DNA of 63,896 nt, the filler included, from Salisapilia sapeloensis CBS 127946 (Eukaryota > Protista > Oomycota), in NCBI GenBank assembly GCA_023334545.1. It is 10 parts of 10 records of this genome, joined end to end, with 100 filler letters (N's around TTAATTAATTAA, not from the genome) between each part and the next. Parts side by side here need not be neighbours in the genome. Positions count along the whole stretch, not along the records: positions 33,385 to 50,526 come from JAADVB010000345.1; positions 50,627 to 53,902 come from JAADVB010000771.1; positions 54,003 to 62,469 come from JAADVB010000490.1; 7 more parts are not named here. The stretch is one strand, 5' to 3'. Every line of letters starts with the position of its first letter. Positions within the stretch are counted from its first letter, which is position 1. Shown one piece after another: positions 45,001-58,500 of the stretch. Under the pieces are notes generated by a model. It had not been told where the DNA came from. It saw only the letters and a list, made by a program, of their open reading frames with translations, and did not search any database. Made by a program: the position numbers and the translations under genes.

Positions 45001-48000
45001 ATTTGAAATCCGCTACGAGGGACTGTAATGTCTTCCAGGTCATTTCAACGAGGGTATTTACGAACGAAAGATGGAATTTGGTGGAAGCATGGTACAATTC
45101 CGCCATGAGAGAAGATGTGGACGTGTTTGATAAGGAAACAATTACGCTTGAAAAGCTTAAGTCGAGATGGAAAGGAGACATGTCACCTCGATTGCAAGAG
45201 TTTATGGAACTGTGTGAGCAATGCGCAATTGAAAACAGCATTTTATATCGAGTCGAATGTGAAAGCAAACGTGTGGAAATACTTGAAGTTCGGTTGAGAA
45301 AGGTGGGATATTGTATCGACTTTATAAATTTAACAGACATCCTCTTATCATTAGAGGATGCGCTCCTAGAAATTCAAATTCGTCACCAAAAGATGAATCC
45401 GTGGTTCCAAGACATACAAATCCACTTGAATAATGTCCTCCTTAAAAAAGGTCTATGTGAACGTTTGCACTACTTTCAATCTCGATTCGGAGTATGGAGG
45501 GAAGCAGTTCGAAGTCATGACCTAGATCATTACTTTACACAATTGGCAAAACACAGAGATGTAGATGAACGGACTTTGATCTGGCGGAATTTTATCAATA
45601 CAGTAGAATGTTGGAACGCATGCGTACGTCGTACTTATTGTACGAAAGAAGGAATGACGTCTTTAAATGAAAGACGTCCGTCGAAAAGGATTACTTTACG
45701 AAGGAAAGCGACCTCAGTACGTCCAGTTCATACTGCGATGTCAGCTGACTCCTGCATTACGACGGAATTTGAAGTCTTGCATGATGTGTTTAAAGACTTC
45801 GCATTTGATGAACATATCAAATGGGGAGAAGCAGGGATTCATCTGATTTCCGAGTACTTTAGTCTACTACGTCAGAAAGTGCCTCGATTGTACTGCTTAA
45901 AAGATGAAGACGTGATGAAGCTAATGTGCTATGAAGATGCTCGAGACTTGCGGTCTTCACTTCAAAGATGTTATCCTCAGGTACCTATTATTGAAACTGA
46001 GTTAGCAAAACAAAGCAGCAGTCAAGATCTAATGGCAGATGAGGACAATGAAAGTAAAAGCTATTCTATTCAGCTGACTGGAATTAAAATAAATTCAGAG
46101 GCAAAAATACTTTTTGATACACCCGTATTTAAAGTCGGGCGAATCGAATTTTGGATGACACGACTCAAAGAGGAGATGACCGCAATTCACGAACGATCAC
46201 TAATTAAAGCAGTAGCCTCGTCTTATGAAAATGCCAAAGACTTGTCTTCCAACACAGACATTTTGCCTCCATGTCACTATTTAGCACTACTACTTCATCA
46301 ATCCGAGGCCATTTCTACGTTATTGTCTGTGTCTTCTACGGACCCCCAAGCTTGTGCTATTGACCTGCAAAAGGCAGTGGCAGTACAACACGAGCAGATT
46401 ATTCAATTGCAAGCTAGCATCTTACCAGAGACTTCGATTGTCATTAATAACTTGATTCTCATTCGGTTTTTTATTATCCAAGTGCTGCGCGAACTACTTC
46501 ACCTCATTTCCTCGAATGGGGTTGCAGACGCACATACGTATTGGAGCATGCAACTAAAGGTAGGAAGGAAGTCTACCAACATGTATGGTAATTCTGGTGA
46601 GTTGCCTCCTTCCGATGAAGCGATGTACAGATATTTCTTTCAAATGCAAGATATACAACTGGCCATCGGAAACGAATGCGTTGGGGCGATTCGATTGCCT
46701 GTCATCTTGCCGTTTACTTCTCGGTGTATGTTTGCGCTATTTCGAGCGATGAAGGCACAGTCGTTTGCTTGTGTCATCCCTTCTACTAGTAGCGACGACA
46801 ACGAAAACCCCATGGATATGCCAAATGCACTTCATCACTTTCTAATGCAGCCTTCGTGGAGTTTTAACTGCACACTCTCGAAAGAAGCACCGTTGGACAC
46901 CATACAGCGACTACTTCAAGCGGCATTAGCATTAAAGGGAACTATAACTATCGAGCATATGGCTTCTCTTCCTCCCTCCAGCATCACCGCCGTGTACCAA
47001 ATAATACGGGAACTCCATTCATCTACAGCTGCTCGTACCACAAGTACCATCGGGGATCGACTGGACATTGCCAGTCGTGCTGCCGTCTATATGGCTGGAA
47101 ATCTCACTAGCTTGGATAAGCCTCTTCAGCATCCTGAGATATTCGACCAGATACCCGTCATCCATCCAACGAAGAGGAGTATCGTGGAAGTGATGACTGC
47201 GATGTATGAATTTGAATTGGAAGAAGATTTGCTAGAGAAGGTCACTATAGCATTTAATGACATCTTTGTGGTGGATAAAGAGATAACGAAGCAAAATGTA
47301 CCTGCAAGTCAAATTATAAGACAAACAATGGAAGAGATGGCTCGCCAACGGCGACGGTGCTACGTTGTTTTATCTAAATACGGTCCACCGATACAACGCG
47401 AAGTAAGATGCGGTCGCGTATCCGTGCCTCTTCCTAAATGCCTGGATTTAGGCGAAACAAATGATAGTCGGGGCATAAAAAAGTTGATCGTCGACGGAAT
47501 TACCTGGGTATATACACTTCGATCTGCACAATACCCAAACAATGGTCTCCAGAGTCGGATTAGACAGATATTAATTCATCATTTCCCTGATGTAGAAGAC
47601 TACCTACTATTATGCAAACCGAACTTTGCAGGCAGTGAAGATGAAACTATTAGCGATGCAGTTCAAATGGCATTATATCGACTGTTCCATCATCTGAATG
47701 ATGCCCAGCTTCATACAACAATGGATATATGGTGGGCAACTAAATCTCAAAATGCAGTGATTGTCAGTGGGGATGCATGTAGCGGAAAGTCGTCGTGCAT
47801 CCAGGCCTTGCACAAAGCTGTATCAGCGTTAAAGATGGCAGAAAACGAAGATGACACATCTTTGTCAGAAAAGAGTTCAAAAGTGGACAGTCGATCACTT
47901 GGGTCTGCAGATTTAGTAGTGGTGAATTTGAGTCTCGTATCATTTGATGAACTATATGGTCCCTTGGTCTCTACTCGTTCAACTGAAAGTACAAACGAAG

Positions 48001-50526
48001 GTCTGCTTACTCGACTGCTATTTGCTTCGTTGGCAAGTGAAGAAGCGAAAGTTGAGCCATTGGAACAATGGGTCTCTTTTGAAGGAGAAATCACTGGACA
48101 AATACTTGAACCGTTACGCGTATACATGGAGAACAATACTTATCCTTGGCTTCACTTGTACAATGGCCAGTCCCTCGAAGTCAGTAGGGAACTCGCATCA
48201 AAAACAAAGTTCTTCTTCGAAGTCACTGACCTGCAGCACTTCTCGCCTTCTCTGCTTGGAATGTGTTGTGTCATTCACGTTCCAAGATCCTGTGTAGCTC
48301 CAGAACATCTCATTACAACTTGGGAAAAAGTGTGGCTGCTTAAACTTTCTTGCACATCCACCGGAGACATTCATGATAATGTTGCAGTTGTCTTGAGCTT
48401 GACAAGAAGTCTACTTCTTCATGTATGCATTCCTTTTGTTCGGACGTTCAATGCCGAATTGAAGGATTCTTACGAACTGGCAGGAAGCATGCAGGAAACA
48501 ACACGTACCTCAACAGAGGAACCTACGAAAGGCGAATATCTAGATGGATTAAGCGTACATCACCTTACATTATCAACTTTAAAACTTGTTGAAAGCTTCT
48601 GTCTTAGCAATCGATTAATGCTGACTGACATGGAAGACATTCAGTTAATTCAAATGATTTGCTTTGCAGTACTTTGGGGGTTTGGAAGTGGTAGTGGATC
48701 AAATGTTAGAAGTCAGCTAGAGCAGTATTGTCATGGAGTCGCCCAGACAAGTGATGAATTACATCTCATAGCTAGACTACAAGGAAACTTTATGGACAGT
48801 GCAGTCATTTCCAACTTGTGGGATCTACAATCTCCGCTCGATGAGAATGGCGGAGAAACCGACATGTCTAGATGTGAGATGGTAACTATTGATGGAGAGA
48901 ATACTTTCTTGACACCTCAAATGTCAACAATCAGGCTCATTGGTAGCTATCTTTTACGGCAGGGCTCATCTTTCTTACTTGACGGATCTACTGGTGCTGG
49001 TAAAAGCACACTTTTGCGAGTTATGATGAGCGACCATAAGAAACAATTTGCAGGTGACGCATTAGTTCATTTGAAACTAACCAACAGTCTTTCGAGTAAT
49101 GTTATCGATTGTACAAACTTTCCACTGTCTTGGTTTCGGCCTTTTGCTCAAGTTAACGATAATCGAGGATGGAAGACAAAGACCGAAGAGAGTCTAGTGC
49201 GTATGTCGAGTGCAAAACAGTGTATTTTCATCGACGATTTATCCACAAGTAGGTCAGCTAAAGATGACTCTCAGCGAGAGTATATTAGATCTATACTGGA
49301 CCACCAAAAAGTTTTTAATCACCAAACGAACAATATGCAAAATTGTCGGAAGAGCTGTGCTGCATCTATGCGCGAAGCTTTCAAACTCCCACATGAGCAG
49401 AACATACAGAGATTGCTACGGCATTTTGTCATCTTGCGCATGTTACCTTTGGATCGAAACGATCTATTGAACGTGTTCCGTTGGAAGTATCACTTTTATT
49501 TTTCGCCTTCTATGTCAGACACCTTACACGGAAAAAGTGTTATCGACTCTTACTCTGAGAAGGTCGCGAGTAGAGCACGCAGCACAGTTTCTAATAGCGA
49601 AATACTACTTCGGGCCTCTGTAGATTTTTCTCTTGCTGTAAAGAATATGGAAGGCGTCGTACCTGCGACTGGAAATCGAATCCAATTCTCATTGCATGAA
49701 CTAGATAAAGTTCTAGGACGAACGCTCGTGCACGCTAAAAAGCTAGAGGGAGGCACACAAGTATCAACGATACATTCTTCGTCATACTTATTGCTACTAA
49801 GCAGACTGCACCAGAGCTGGTTGAGCGAAGTGCGCAGTGCTTCGTTGCTTAACTACACTAGCTTTGAAATGTCTTCGGCCGACAGTGTAGCGGAGGACAT
49901 CAATTTAAATGAAGGCGATCGCACATTTGTCAAGACGAAGGTACTGGAAACCTTGTCAATTCTAAGTGAAAAATATTTTAGTGCGCCACTTCAGGATCAA
50001 GCTCAGTGGCCGTCTTCACCTGAAATAGTCCATTTGATGCTTGAACTTCTACAGACTCTGCCAAATATGGACAAAGATGGATATGGAAACGATGAAGAAA
50101 CGCTTCAGGATGCATTGGCAAGACATGTGCGTGCTTTGGCAACAGGTAGCAGAAAACGCCGGAACGCTATTTCCACTATGCCGAGCAATACTGTCTTGAA
50201 CCTTGCACGAAGGTTGATGCTTAAACGATGGACAACTACTATTAAAATATCGACGAAAACGACTATGGGGAGTTGGTTGAGACCTGAGCTCAAGCTCAAG
50301 TTACTGATTGGGAGTCCATCGCAATTAAACATGATACTTCATATCTCACATGCAATTTCCTGCCATCAGCATCTAAAGCTTTACAACTCAAATCAACTTC
50401 CATTTTGCATGGATGTAGTCCGATTTGCGTGTCAAATAGCGAATTTTGACGACATTGTATGGGAAAACCAAGGTGATGATGTCCTTGAACAAATTAGACA
50501 GATTTCTCGCTCAGCACTTGCACGCA
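42016..50526 (+). CDS. Highly divergent axonemal (inner-arm/DNHD1-like) dynein heavy chain, 3'-truncated
   Basis: Inner-arm-type N-terminus YFTLSVYGFTHV...EFVTVQDW. Linker motifs VPRLYCLKDEDV and GRIEFWMTRLKEEM. AAA2 P-loop GDACSGKS and AAA3 P-loop GSTGAGKS. More than 2500 aa open. Confidence 0.85.
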
Positions 50527-50626
50527 NNNNNNNNNNNNNNNNNNNNNNNNNNNNNNNNNNNNNNNNNNNNTTAATTAATTAANNNNNNNNNNNNNNNNNN
50601 NNNNNNNNNNNNNNNNNNNNNNNNNN

Positions 50627-50730
50627 GAGCCACTCGCCGTCGAGCCACTTCCAGCCGAGCCACTCGCTGTCGAGCCACTTCCAGCCGAGCCACTTCCAGC
50701 TGAGCCACTTCCAGCTGAGCCACTTCCACT
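50627..50730 (-). repeat. 15-bp coding tandem repeat (GGAAGTGGCTCRGCT; GSGSA/ASGST)
   Basis: Repeated gagccacttccagc/gagccactcgc units on the + strand run into the contig break. Confidence 0.85.
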
Positions 50731-52149
50731 CGGGCTGCTTCCGGTAGAACTGATTGCAGAACCACTTGAAGTTGTACTCTCTTCTTCTGGCGGAATGGTT
50801 GGGTCGTCTGCTTTAAAGTCAGGTAGATGTTTGAAAGCTGCTAGTGCCGTGTCGTCATACACCGGGGGCATGATGGCACAGCACTTATCAACTGGGCCTT
50901 CGCATTCGTACTTGACATCTTGGTACTCTAGCTTGAAGTGGCCATAGTAGCTGGGATAGTCGATAGCTGAAAACAAAGCGTCGATGTCTGCATCAAGCCG
51001 AGTACCGAAGAGAGTCTTGCAGTCTTCTGTGCTACCTTCGCACTCCAAAATCTTCCCATCTTTGGTTGCCTCATATCTAAAGTGATTCAAATTGTGCCCG
51101 GATGCTGCTCCCACCACTCCGCGTACGACCATATCGAGGACTCCAAAGATACTAGCGAACGGTCCCTCGTCACCAAATATCACGTCAATGACTGCCTCTG
51201 AATTGACACATTCAGCCCCTGAAAACAAATCTGCAAGCTTAAGATCTTCGTTAGCTTCAGTCACATCTTCGATTACGAATTCTTGCACAATAGGCCATTC
51301 AGCGATGGTGGACAGCAGCACATTAAGAGGCGCCCAGCACACCCCCAGTTTGTTGCCCGATGGTGTTTCCAACGTCACAGTTTCACCCGCAGTGTTCACA
51401 TACGATTCTCCTTCGGCAGCTTTGCAGACCTCGTCATTCGGAATCATTACCATATCTTTCACCGTTTTAATGATATCTCCGATAGGCTCGTCACTCATGG
51501 CCGCAATGTCTTTACCGATGACTGCTCCACAGTACGTGATATCATCCTCCACAGTGTTCGTCTTGAAAGAACAAACGACGTTGCGAATATCGGTAAACAT
51601 GGACGTGACAAAGTGGTTCAGGTCCGATCCCACGACGGAGCTAAGGTCATTCACGAAGTTGTCACAGCACGAGAGCTTTTCGATCATGTCTTGGAAGCCA
51701 GGGAGGAGGGTCTCGAGGCATTGGCCAGTGGAGCTGCTCAACCGGGTTTTGCACAAAGGCTCGTAGAATTCATCGGCGCCGGATTCCGGAGTGTCCGGAG
51801 TGTCCTCCTTGGACACCATTTTATCAAGACACTCTTGACCTCCTTCGGTATTCACGATGAGGTCCATGAAAGCCACTATGTCGATGTTGGCGAGGCATGT
51901 CGCGAGATTCGGCGTGTACATGTCCATGAGTTTCAACGTCACACTAGTCTTTGGATCCTTGAACTCGGGGTAGAACTCGCTCAGCACCACGATGGAAGGC
52001 ACATTATCGTCTAGGACGCCTCGACATTCTAGCTCACCAGAAGATGTAGGCGAAGGAGAGGGCGAACCAGTTGGATTCTCATCTCCATTGACATGCCCGA
52101 TGATGGCAAAGGCACTGGTGAACAGTGTGCCAAAAGTCCGGAGCCGCAT
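50627..52149 (-). CDS. Secreted Cys-containing protein with a Ser/Gly-rich (GSGSA)n stalk, 3'-truncated
   Basis: Signal peptide MRLRTFGTLFTSAFAIIGHVNG, about 16 Cys, and C-terminal 15-bp repeats. Confidence 0.8.
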
Positions 52150-54002
52150 TGAAAAATCCTGCAGTATTCAATGGGGAGCCTTATCAAGTCAGAGACGAAT
52201 GTAGGAATGAAGAGAACAGAGACATTGGCGGAGCCGGAAAGCTATCGCTGTTTTTGCAAAGATGAAACACCTCATAATTCTTGAGTTTTGTCCGTTTTAT
52301 CGCTCCAACCACATTGCAAAGGTAAAACGCCCGGACAAAGGTGAGTAGCTACTGAAACGGATGCCAAGGGACAAAGATCTTCCTTAGACTTTGGAATGCC
52401 GAGATATGAGATGTGGAGGTTCTGACTGATAACCGATACATTGTCTCGCAATCTTCTAGAATAGATGCTGAAACCGGCAGCACTTCATGTAGCTAAGAGA
52501 GTTTATGAAACACCCCAGACAGCTACTTGCATGTGAACTCACAAATAAGTGCACACGTCCGTTTCCACCAGCATAAAGAAAGCAGGCATCCTCGGCTGAA
52601 ACGGCCCTGTATGCATAGCCCACTGCATCTCCCTGCTGTTTGCTGCACTGCCATAGTCTGCATGCGCCTTGCCATTGCTAGCTTTACCATCGTAATCGCT
52701 GCATTTCCTGCACATGCACATCATCCTCGCTAGCCTAATCTAATATTGTACTTCGCATGCGTGACGAGACCGAAAACACACGCAGTATCATCCATTTGTT
52801 GGAGCTAGTGGAGTTCGTTAAAAGTCGGATGCAAAGCACTCCAAAGCTGACTGCTGACGATAAATCGTGCTAGACATGATTTACAGCGGACTGCAGCACT
52901 ACAAGATCCTTACGCCGTCAGAAACAAAGGTACTGCATACGCACAGTTTGCTGCGTATTCTAGCAAAGGGCACATTCACGGGAAGAGAGGGAAGCTGGTG
53001 AGCGTTCGCCGAATAGCAAGCGCTCCTTGAGCTGAAGCTAGCATAAGGGATTTCAGGATCGGATGGCTAGCCATGATCTAGGCGGCGATATAAAAGACAA
53101 AGCAGATCTATGAAAGGTTTTTCTTAGATGGCTGATTTCCAACGGAAACTCGGGCAGACCAAGTTTCCAGGATGTCCGTCTCGTGGTAGAAAAGTAGAAA
53201 TGATATGTTGCTATGCTTCTTTAGACTTGCCTTGGTGTATATGGATGCGGATATAAATACATCATTTGTCGAAAGCCAAGCTCTTCACTCTCGCGCGAGG
53301 TGACGGTGTATGTGGGCGTTGCACGTACCTGCTCTGCGTAAACCATCGTGAAACAGGGGCTCCGAACTTACGGGAATCTTGAACGAAGACAAATTGTCTG
53401 ATGGTCAATGCATCTACCGGAGCCAGCCATCTCGCCAAGAGCGAGCCAAATAGTCTGGAGAACAGTTCGCAAGTTTATAAAACGCACTGGAAGATCTTAT
53501 CAGTCCGAAATCGGTCAGTTCATGAAAGGTCTATCTCGTGTCAAACGTTGGCGGGGGGAGTACGCACTTGTAGCACGCATCTTACACTATAATATTTACC
53601 TTTTTCGTGTCGGAAATGGTGATGTTTCGACCTGGAACGGCATCGTATTTGCAATCGAGTCAGAAGGTTAGAAAAGTCGAGTAGAAGGGATACAAAGAGC
53701 CGGGAGTACAGGGAAATTGGATGCACGTGCCATTCTACTGTCTGTACACATACTCCAGACGGAGATGCCTGTGGTAACTACTGAGGGAGCCGATACTCGA
53801 GGCGCACTGAGGAACTATCATCCGTCTACCGTCGGATTCAGTCATAACATGTCGCTCCTCAAGAAACAAAATGCCGAATCTGCACAGTGGGCCACGATCA
53901 CCNNNNNNNNNNNNNNNNNNNNNNNNNNNNNNNNNNNNNNNNNNNNTTAATTAATTAANNNNNNNNNNNNNNNNNNNNNNNNNNNNNNNNNNNNNNNNNN
54001 NN

Positions 54003-55299
54003 CCAAGTATTCGCATCTAAAGAGCAGAGATTGTGCTTCCTGTAAGAGCATAGATTTGTCATTGTCTGTCATGATCACCTGGTCTTCACTACTCAACTTG
54101 CTGCGGCCACTCGGATGAAACAGTTCGAGCTTGTTTCTCGTCAATTCACGCGTCGTCGGTGAAAATGGAATGACAGTGGTCTCTTTCGTTGTATGCCAAG
54201 AAGTATATAGCTTACCTTTGACAAGACCCTTGGGCTTTTCTGTAGGCTCAGAAGATACCTTACTTTTCTTAACTCTTTCCACCTCCTTTGGTGTTTGCTT
54301 TCCACTTGCAAGTGATGCATTCGATAGCTGTAGAGCATATTGAAGCACCATGGACAGCAGGTCCTTGTGCTCACGATTCTCTACCTTATTCTGCAGCTTC
54401 AGTACTTTCTGAGACGCTTGCTGTATCGAATAGAGCGACCACATCGAATTGAGGGCATCGAATGCGATAAGCATCACAGTAACCCACAATGACACGGCGG
54501 TCTGCATCGACATGGAGACATAGAAAGCATTGAAAAGTTCTACGGAGAAAACGGTCGTGTGTATAATGTCTTTGGGCATGGATAAAAGAAGGTTAGCCAT
54601 CAAATTCTTCATGGTGATTTTAACAATCGGAAGCACGAGTACGAAAGCTGCTTGCTCCAAGTTCCGAAGTCTCACAAATACAGCAGAGAAAGCTGGGTAG
54701 ACGACTATCAATGCGGCTTGTACGATCATTAGCGTCACTGTAGTCCTAAGAAACGTTCGATAGGCCACGACATTCGATGCACTATGCTTTACAAAGATGG
54801 AAAGGATCAAAAGCGCAACAAAGAGAGCGCCTACGATGGTGATGATCAAAATGGAAAATGGAACTGGAAACATCCATATGTATCCACAGAGCATAATGAG
54901 TCCTGTCTGTATTGCCGCCGCCACCACACACGTCAAGACTAGGACCTGCGTGGATATCAGAGCTTCTGCGTGCGATCGGAGAAGCTGAATGACACAGGTG
55001 ATGTCGGATAAATAGTGAAATCCAGCCGCTCGAAGGTAAAACATGTAGTTAGCCCTCCACCCGGCATTCGGAGAGGCTAATGGGATACACTCGAGACCGA
55101 GTACAAGAGCTAGTGTAGTCAGTGGAACTGCCAGAAGAAGAGCGAGACTTTTCGTCCATGGATTTGCAGAGTACGCTTGAAAGGCTTGCACTGCCTCCAC
55201 AGAATAGACGCCTTTGTGAGATACCTGGAAGCGTCTCCAAAGTCTCTTTATGCTTTCCAACTTTGCAGTTTCCTCTTTTGGTGATGCAGACGCCTGCAT
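54003..55299 (-). CDS. Oomycete-type multi-TM protein, 3'-truncated; paralog of 33385-34169
   Basis: About 9 hydrophobic helices, then a basic cytosolic tail. Same motifs as the first copy. Confidence 0.8.
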
Positions 55300-56114
55300 A
55301 TAAGTGCGTGTCGGCGATATCCACAGTGATGGACTTTGTTTCGCTAAAATTAGACATGCATCGAGTGTACAGAAGCCTTGAAACGATGGCTGCAGATACA
55401 AGACCTTATTTATCTACAATGACCTTCGTTTCGAGATGAGCACGCCTTCTTGTTAGCACGGAAGGATACTTTCGGAGCAGGTGTAGATTTCGGTAGTCTT
55501 TAAGATATGAGGCTCGTCGGATTTATTCTAGCTCGATTTCCAAATAGATATTCAGATGAATTTAAAGGTACAAGCTGCTAGAACACGTTGCTGGTATGAC
55601 TTATTAAAAGCTTTCTGTCTTTGTTATATTCCAAGGACAGGCAAGTAGACCTGTTGCATTACCCATGCGAACGATGTCAGAAAACAAATTGTACAATTTA
55701 CTAAAGAGCGCCGGTCAAGACGAACATGTAGCCTTCCTTATTTGTATCTTTATAGCTACTATGGAAGGAATATGAGCTGGTAATCGGATGAAACATGGTC
55801 GTCGAAGACTACTTCAGACCAAATTACCATGCCACTAGACTCGACTGGTAGCACCGTGCCTCTAAAGCAACACCGAGAAGCCTTACTTCTACGCCTGACG
55901 AAGCTGAAGAACTGTCAACTAAATCCTTTTAAAAGGCCAAATACATCTACTGGTCTTCGCTATAAACCAAAGCACAAGTAGATATCAAGCCATCCCCCAA
56001 CGTTTCTTCCAGCAGCTCTTCAAGCTCTATAATCGAAGTGGTCCACATGAATTCCACTCTCGTGTACGGCGAAAAGATCACAAAGTGCGAAAGAAGACAA
56101 GAAGCTCTTTCATC

Positions 56115-57371
56115 ATGGCAGCCTTCCTCGACCAGCAACAGTCCCAGCACCCAGACCTTTCTCAGCAGTACCAAAAGATAAAGGACCTCCACGCTCAAAA
56201 GTATTCTCACAACATAAAAGTTATTTTATTGTGCTCTAACACACGCCTCTAGACTCTACCATGAACTCACGGGCGAGCTAGAGCGATTCGTACAGGACCC
56301 TGCTGCTAGGAAACAACCGCCCAACCTACCGGCGGTACTAGTCTCACTCGCATCCACATCCGACTAGTACTGACTATGTATATGTAGCTCTACACAGAGT
56401 TCATCCGCTCCTTCCAGGACAAACTCAACCAGACTCGACTCGTCATGATCTGCGCACACATCAGCTCCCAGTACCAAGACCCGGCAGACGCACAGGCATT
56501 CATGGAGGACATCCAGACTAAACTTAGCGACCAGTCGGACCACGAAGCCGCTCTCCTCTGTCGCATGCAGGTCGCCAAGTGGAAGCTCCAGCGAGGCGTC
56601 AGCCATCGACAGGAGGTCAAGACCACGCTGCAAGAGTACAAACCAGCCATCGAAGCCTTGGTGGGAGCAGAGGCCATCGTCCACGCCTCCTACTACCGCG
56701 TCGCGTGTGACTACTACGCAGCCGTCGGACCCGCCGACCAGTTCTACAAGAGCGCCCTCCGCTTCCTCGCGTATACGCAGTACGACGATCTATCCGAAAA
56801 AGAGCGCTTCGACCTCGCCGTCAACATCAGCATCGCAGCTCTGACGGGCGACGACGTCTTTAACTTTGGTGAAGTGCTGGCCACTCCTATCCTCCAAGCC
56901 CTCGAAGGCTCCGATAAGCAGTGGCTGTCCGACCTCCTGCACACGTTCAACCGAGGCGCTATCGATGAATTCAAATCCATCGTCTCTAAACACTCTGCTG
57001 ACTTTGACGCCCAACCGGCACTTGCTAGCCACAAGGAGTACGTAGAGGAGAAAGTGGCGCTTCTAGCTCTCATGGTTCTCGTCTTCCAGCGACCGTCGCA
57101 TGAACGCAACATTACGTTTGACGAGATTGCGCATGCTACGCGTCTACCCAAGACCAGGGTCGAGTGGCTCGTCATGCGCGCTCTGTCGCATGAGCTGCTC
57201 AAGGGAAGTATTGACCAGGTGGATGAGATCGTTCGTGTCACGTACGTCCAGCCGAGGGTGCTGGACAAGACGCAGCTGCAGGAACTTGTCACGAGACTGG
57301 ACGACTGGACCAAGAGAGTGAACTCAACGCTGCTGTACGTGGAGGAACAGACGCCAGAGCTATTCCAGTAG
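56115..57371 (+). CDS. PSMD13: 26S proteasome lid subunit Rpn9/PSMD13 (PCI domain), 2 introns near the 5' end
   Basis: MAAFLDQQ...DLHAQK|LYHELT; FYKSALRFLAY, VFNFGEVLATPI, VEWLVMRALS and GSIDQVDEIVRVTYVQPRVL. Confidence 0.93.
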
Positions 57372-58500
57372 ACGCACGAGAGCGTAACGCTTAACACGAC
57401 ATTGCTTCTAACGAAGTAGACCTTGGTTACTTGGTTACTTGTTGTCTTGTAGATTAAAGGAGACTCTGGATGTCCTGGTTTGATGGAGCAAGGCCTGGAG
57501 GACGTACGTAGACAATTGTTGATCAGTCTGCTTACTCGTGCGATGGATGGATTTGCAATATACCAGATCCGAACGTTATTCATGGTCACTATTGTTGCCT
57601 AATATTGATAGGACTAATGATGCAGAGTCAATATGTTTTCGTGTACACCTTCGCTTTAAGCTAGAAATAACTAGATAGCTAACCGTAGCATATCGGTCCC
57701 TACTCGCCAGTGAAGTGTTTAATAAATGGAGCTCACTTGAAAGCACGAGTCGATGGCATATTACACTTGGAAGTGGTTCGAGGATATAGACGTTCTTTGT
57801 TAAAGCTTTGAGCATGATCCATTGCCCAAGGCCATGAATATCAAAAAGAACTGAAATAAATGCGAGCACTTAGAGGTGAGCTATCGCACGATAATGCCTC
57901 TAGTAATCGCACACCATTTAGATGAAGCACTCTGTTGATAGGCTGGATGACTGAAAGAGCATTAGGGCATTTCCACCGGAGGTCCCATAGCCAGGACTTA
58001 ACAGAGGCGTTAAAACCCAACTTTCCATATTAAAGCTCGTCAGTAGATAACTTGAGATTTCTTCCATAATTGCATAGCAATTGAACGAATTTTAGCTTCG
58101 TATCATTCATCCGCCGTCTAAGCGCGTGCAGCATTCATAAGTACGAAATTGATGAAATCGGAGGATTTAGCTAAAGCGAAAGCTGATCGAGATTGTTAAT
58201 ATTTGCTTCATACAAATCTGGGATGGAACCTTGACATAGCTAACTTTGGCCAATATAAATAATCCTTTGTATTTTTATTCCTTTTATTGGATAGATTAAA
58301 AACTCGATAGCTACATTGCGATAGTCGATCGGACCCGAGCCCCATAGTGAAATAAGGTGATTGACCTTGACAACCATGAGACGAGAGGACACAAAGAGGG
58401 TTCAATCGAAGATCTGCGACAAAGAGAGAAGTGCTGTCGGCGCAGTTCCTCCATAACAACAACTAAAGACAATTGAAGAAGAAATTTTTACTAGACCGAC

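Noticed and set aside
50571-50765. ORF with LEVAR/LEVAQ repeats
   Set aside because: Alternative frame of the GSGSA repeat, and it spans the artificial linker.
52200-53902. Long intergenic region rich in TGCA/GCTAGC words with short ORFs, possibly a TE remnant
   Set aside because: No TIR, LTR, TSD or transposase motif could be identified.
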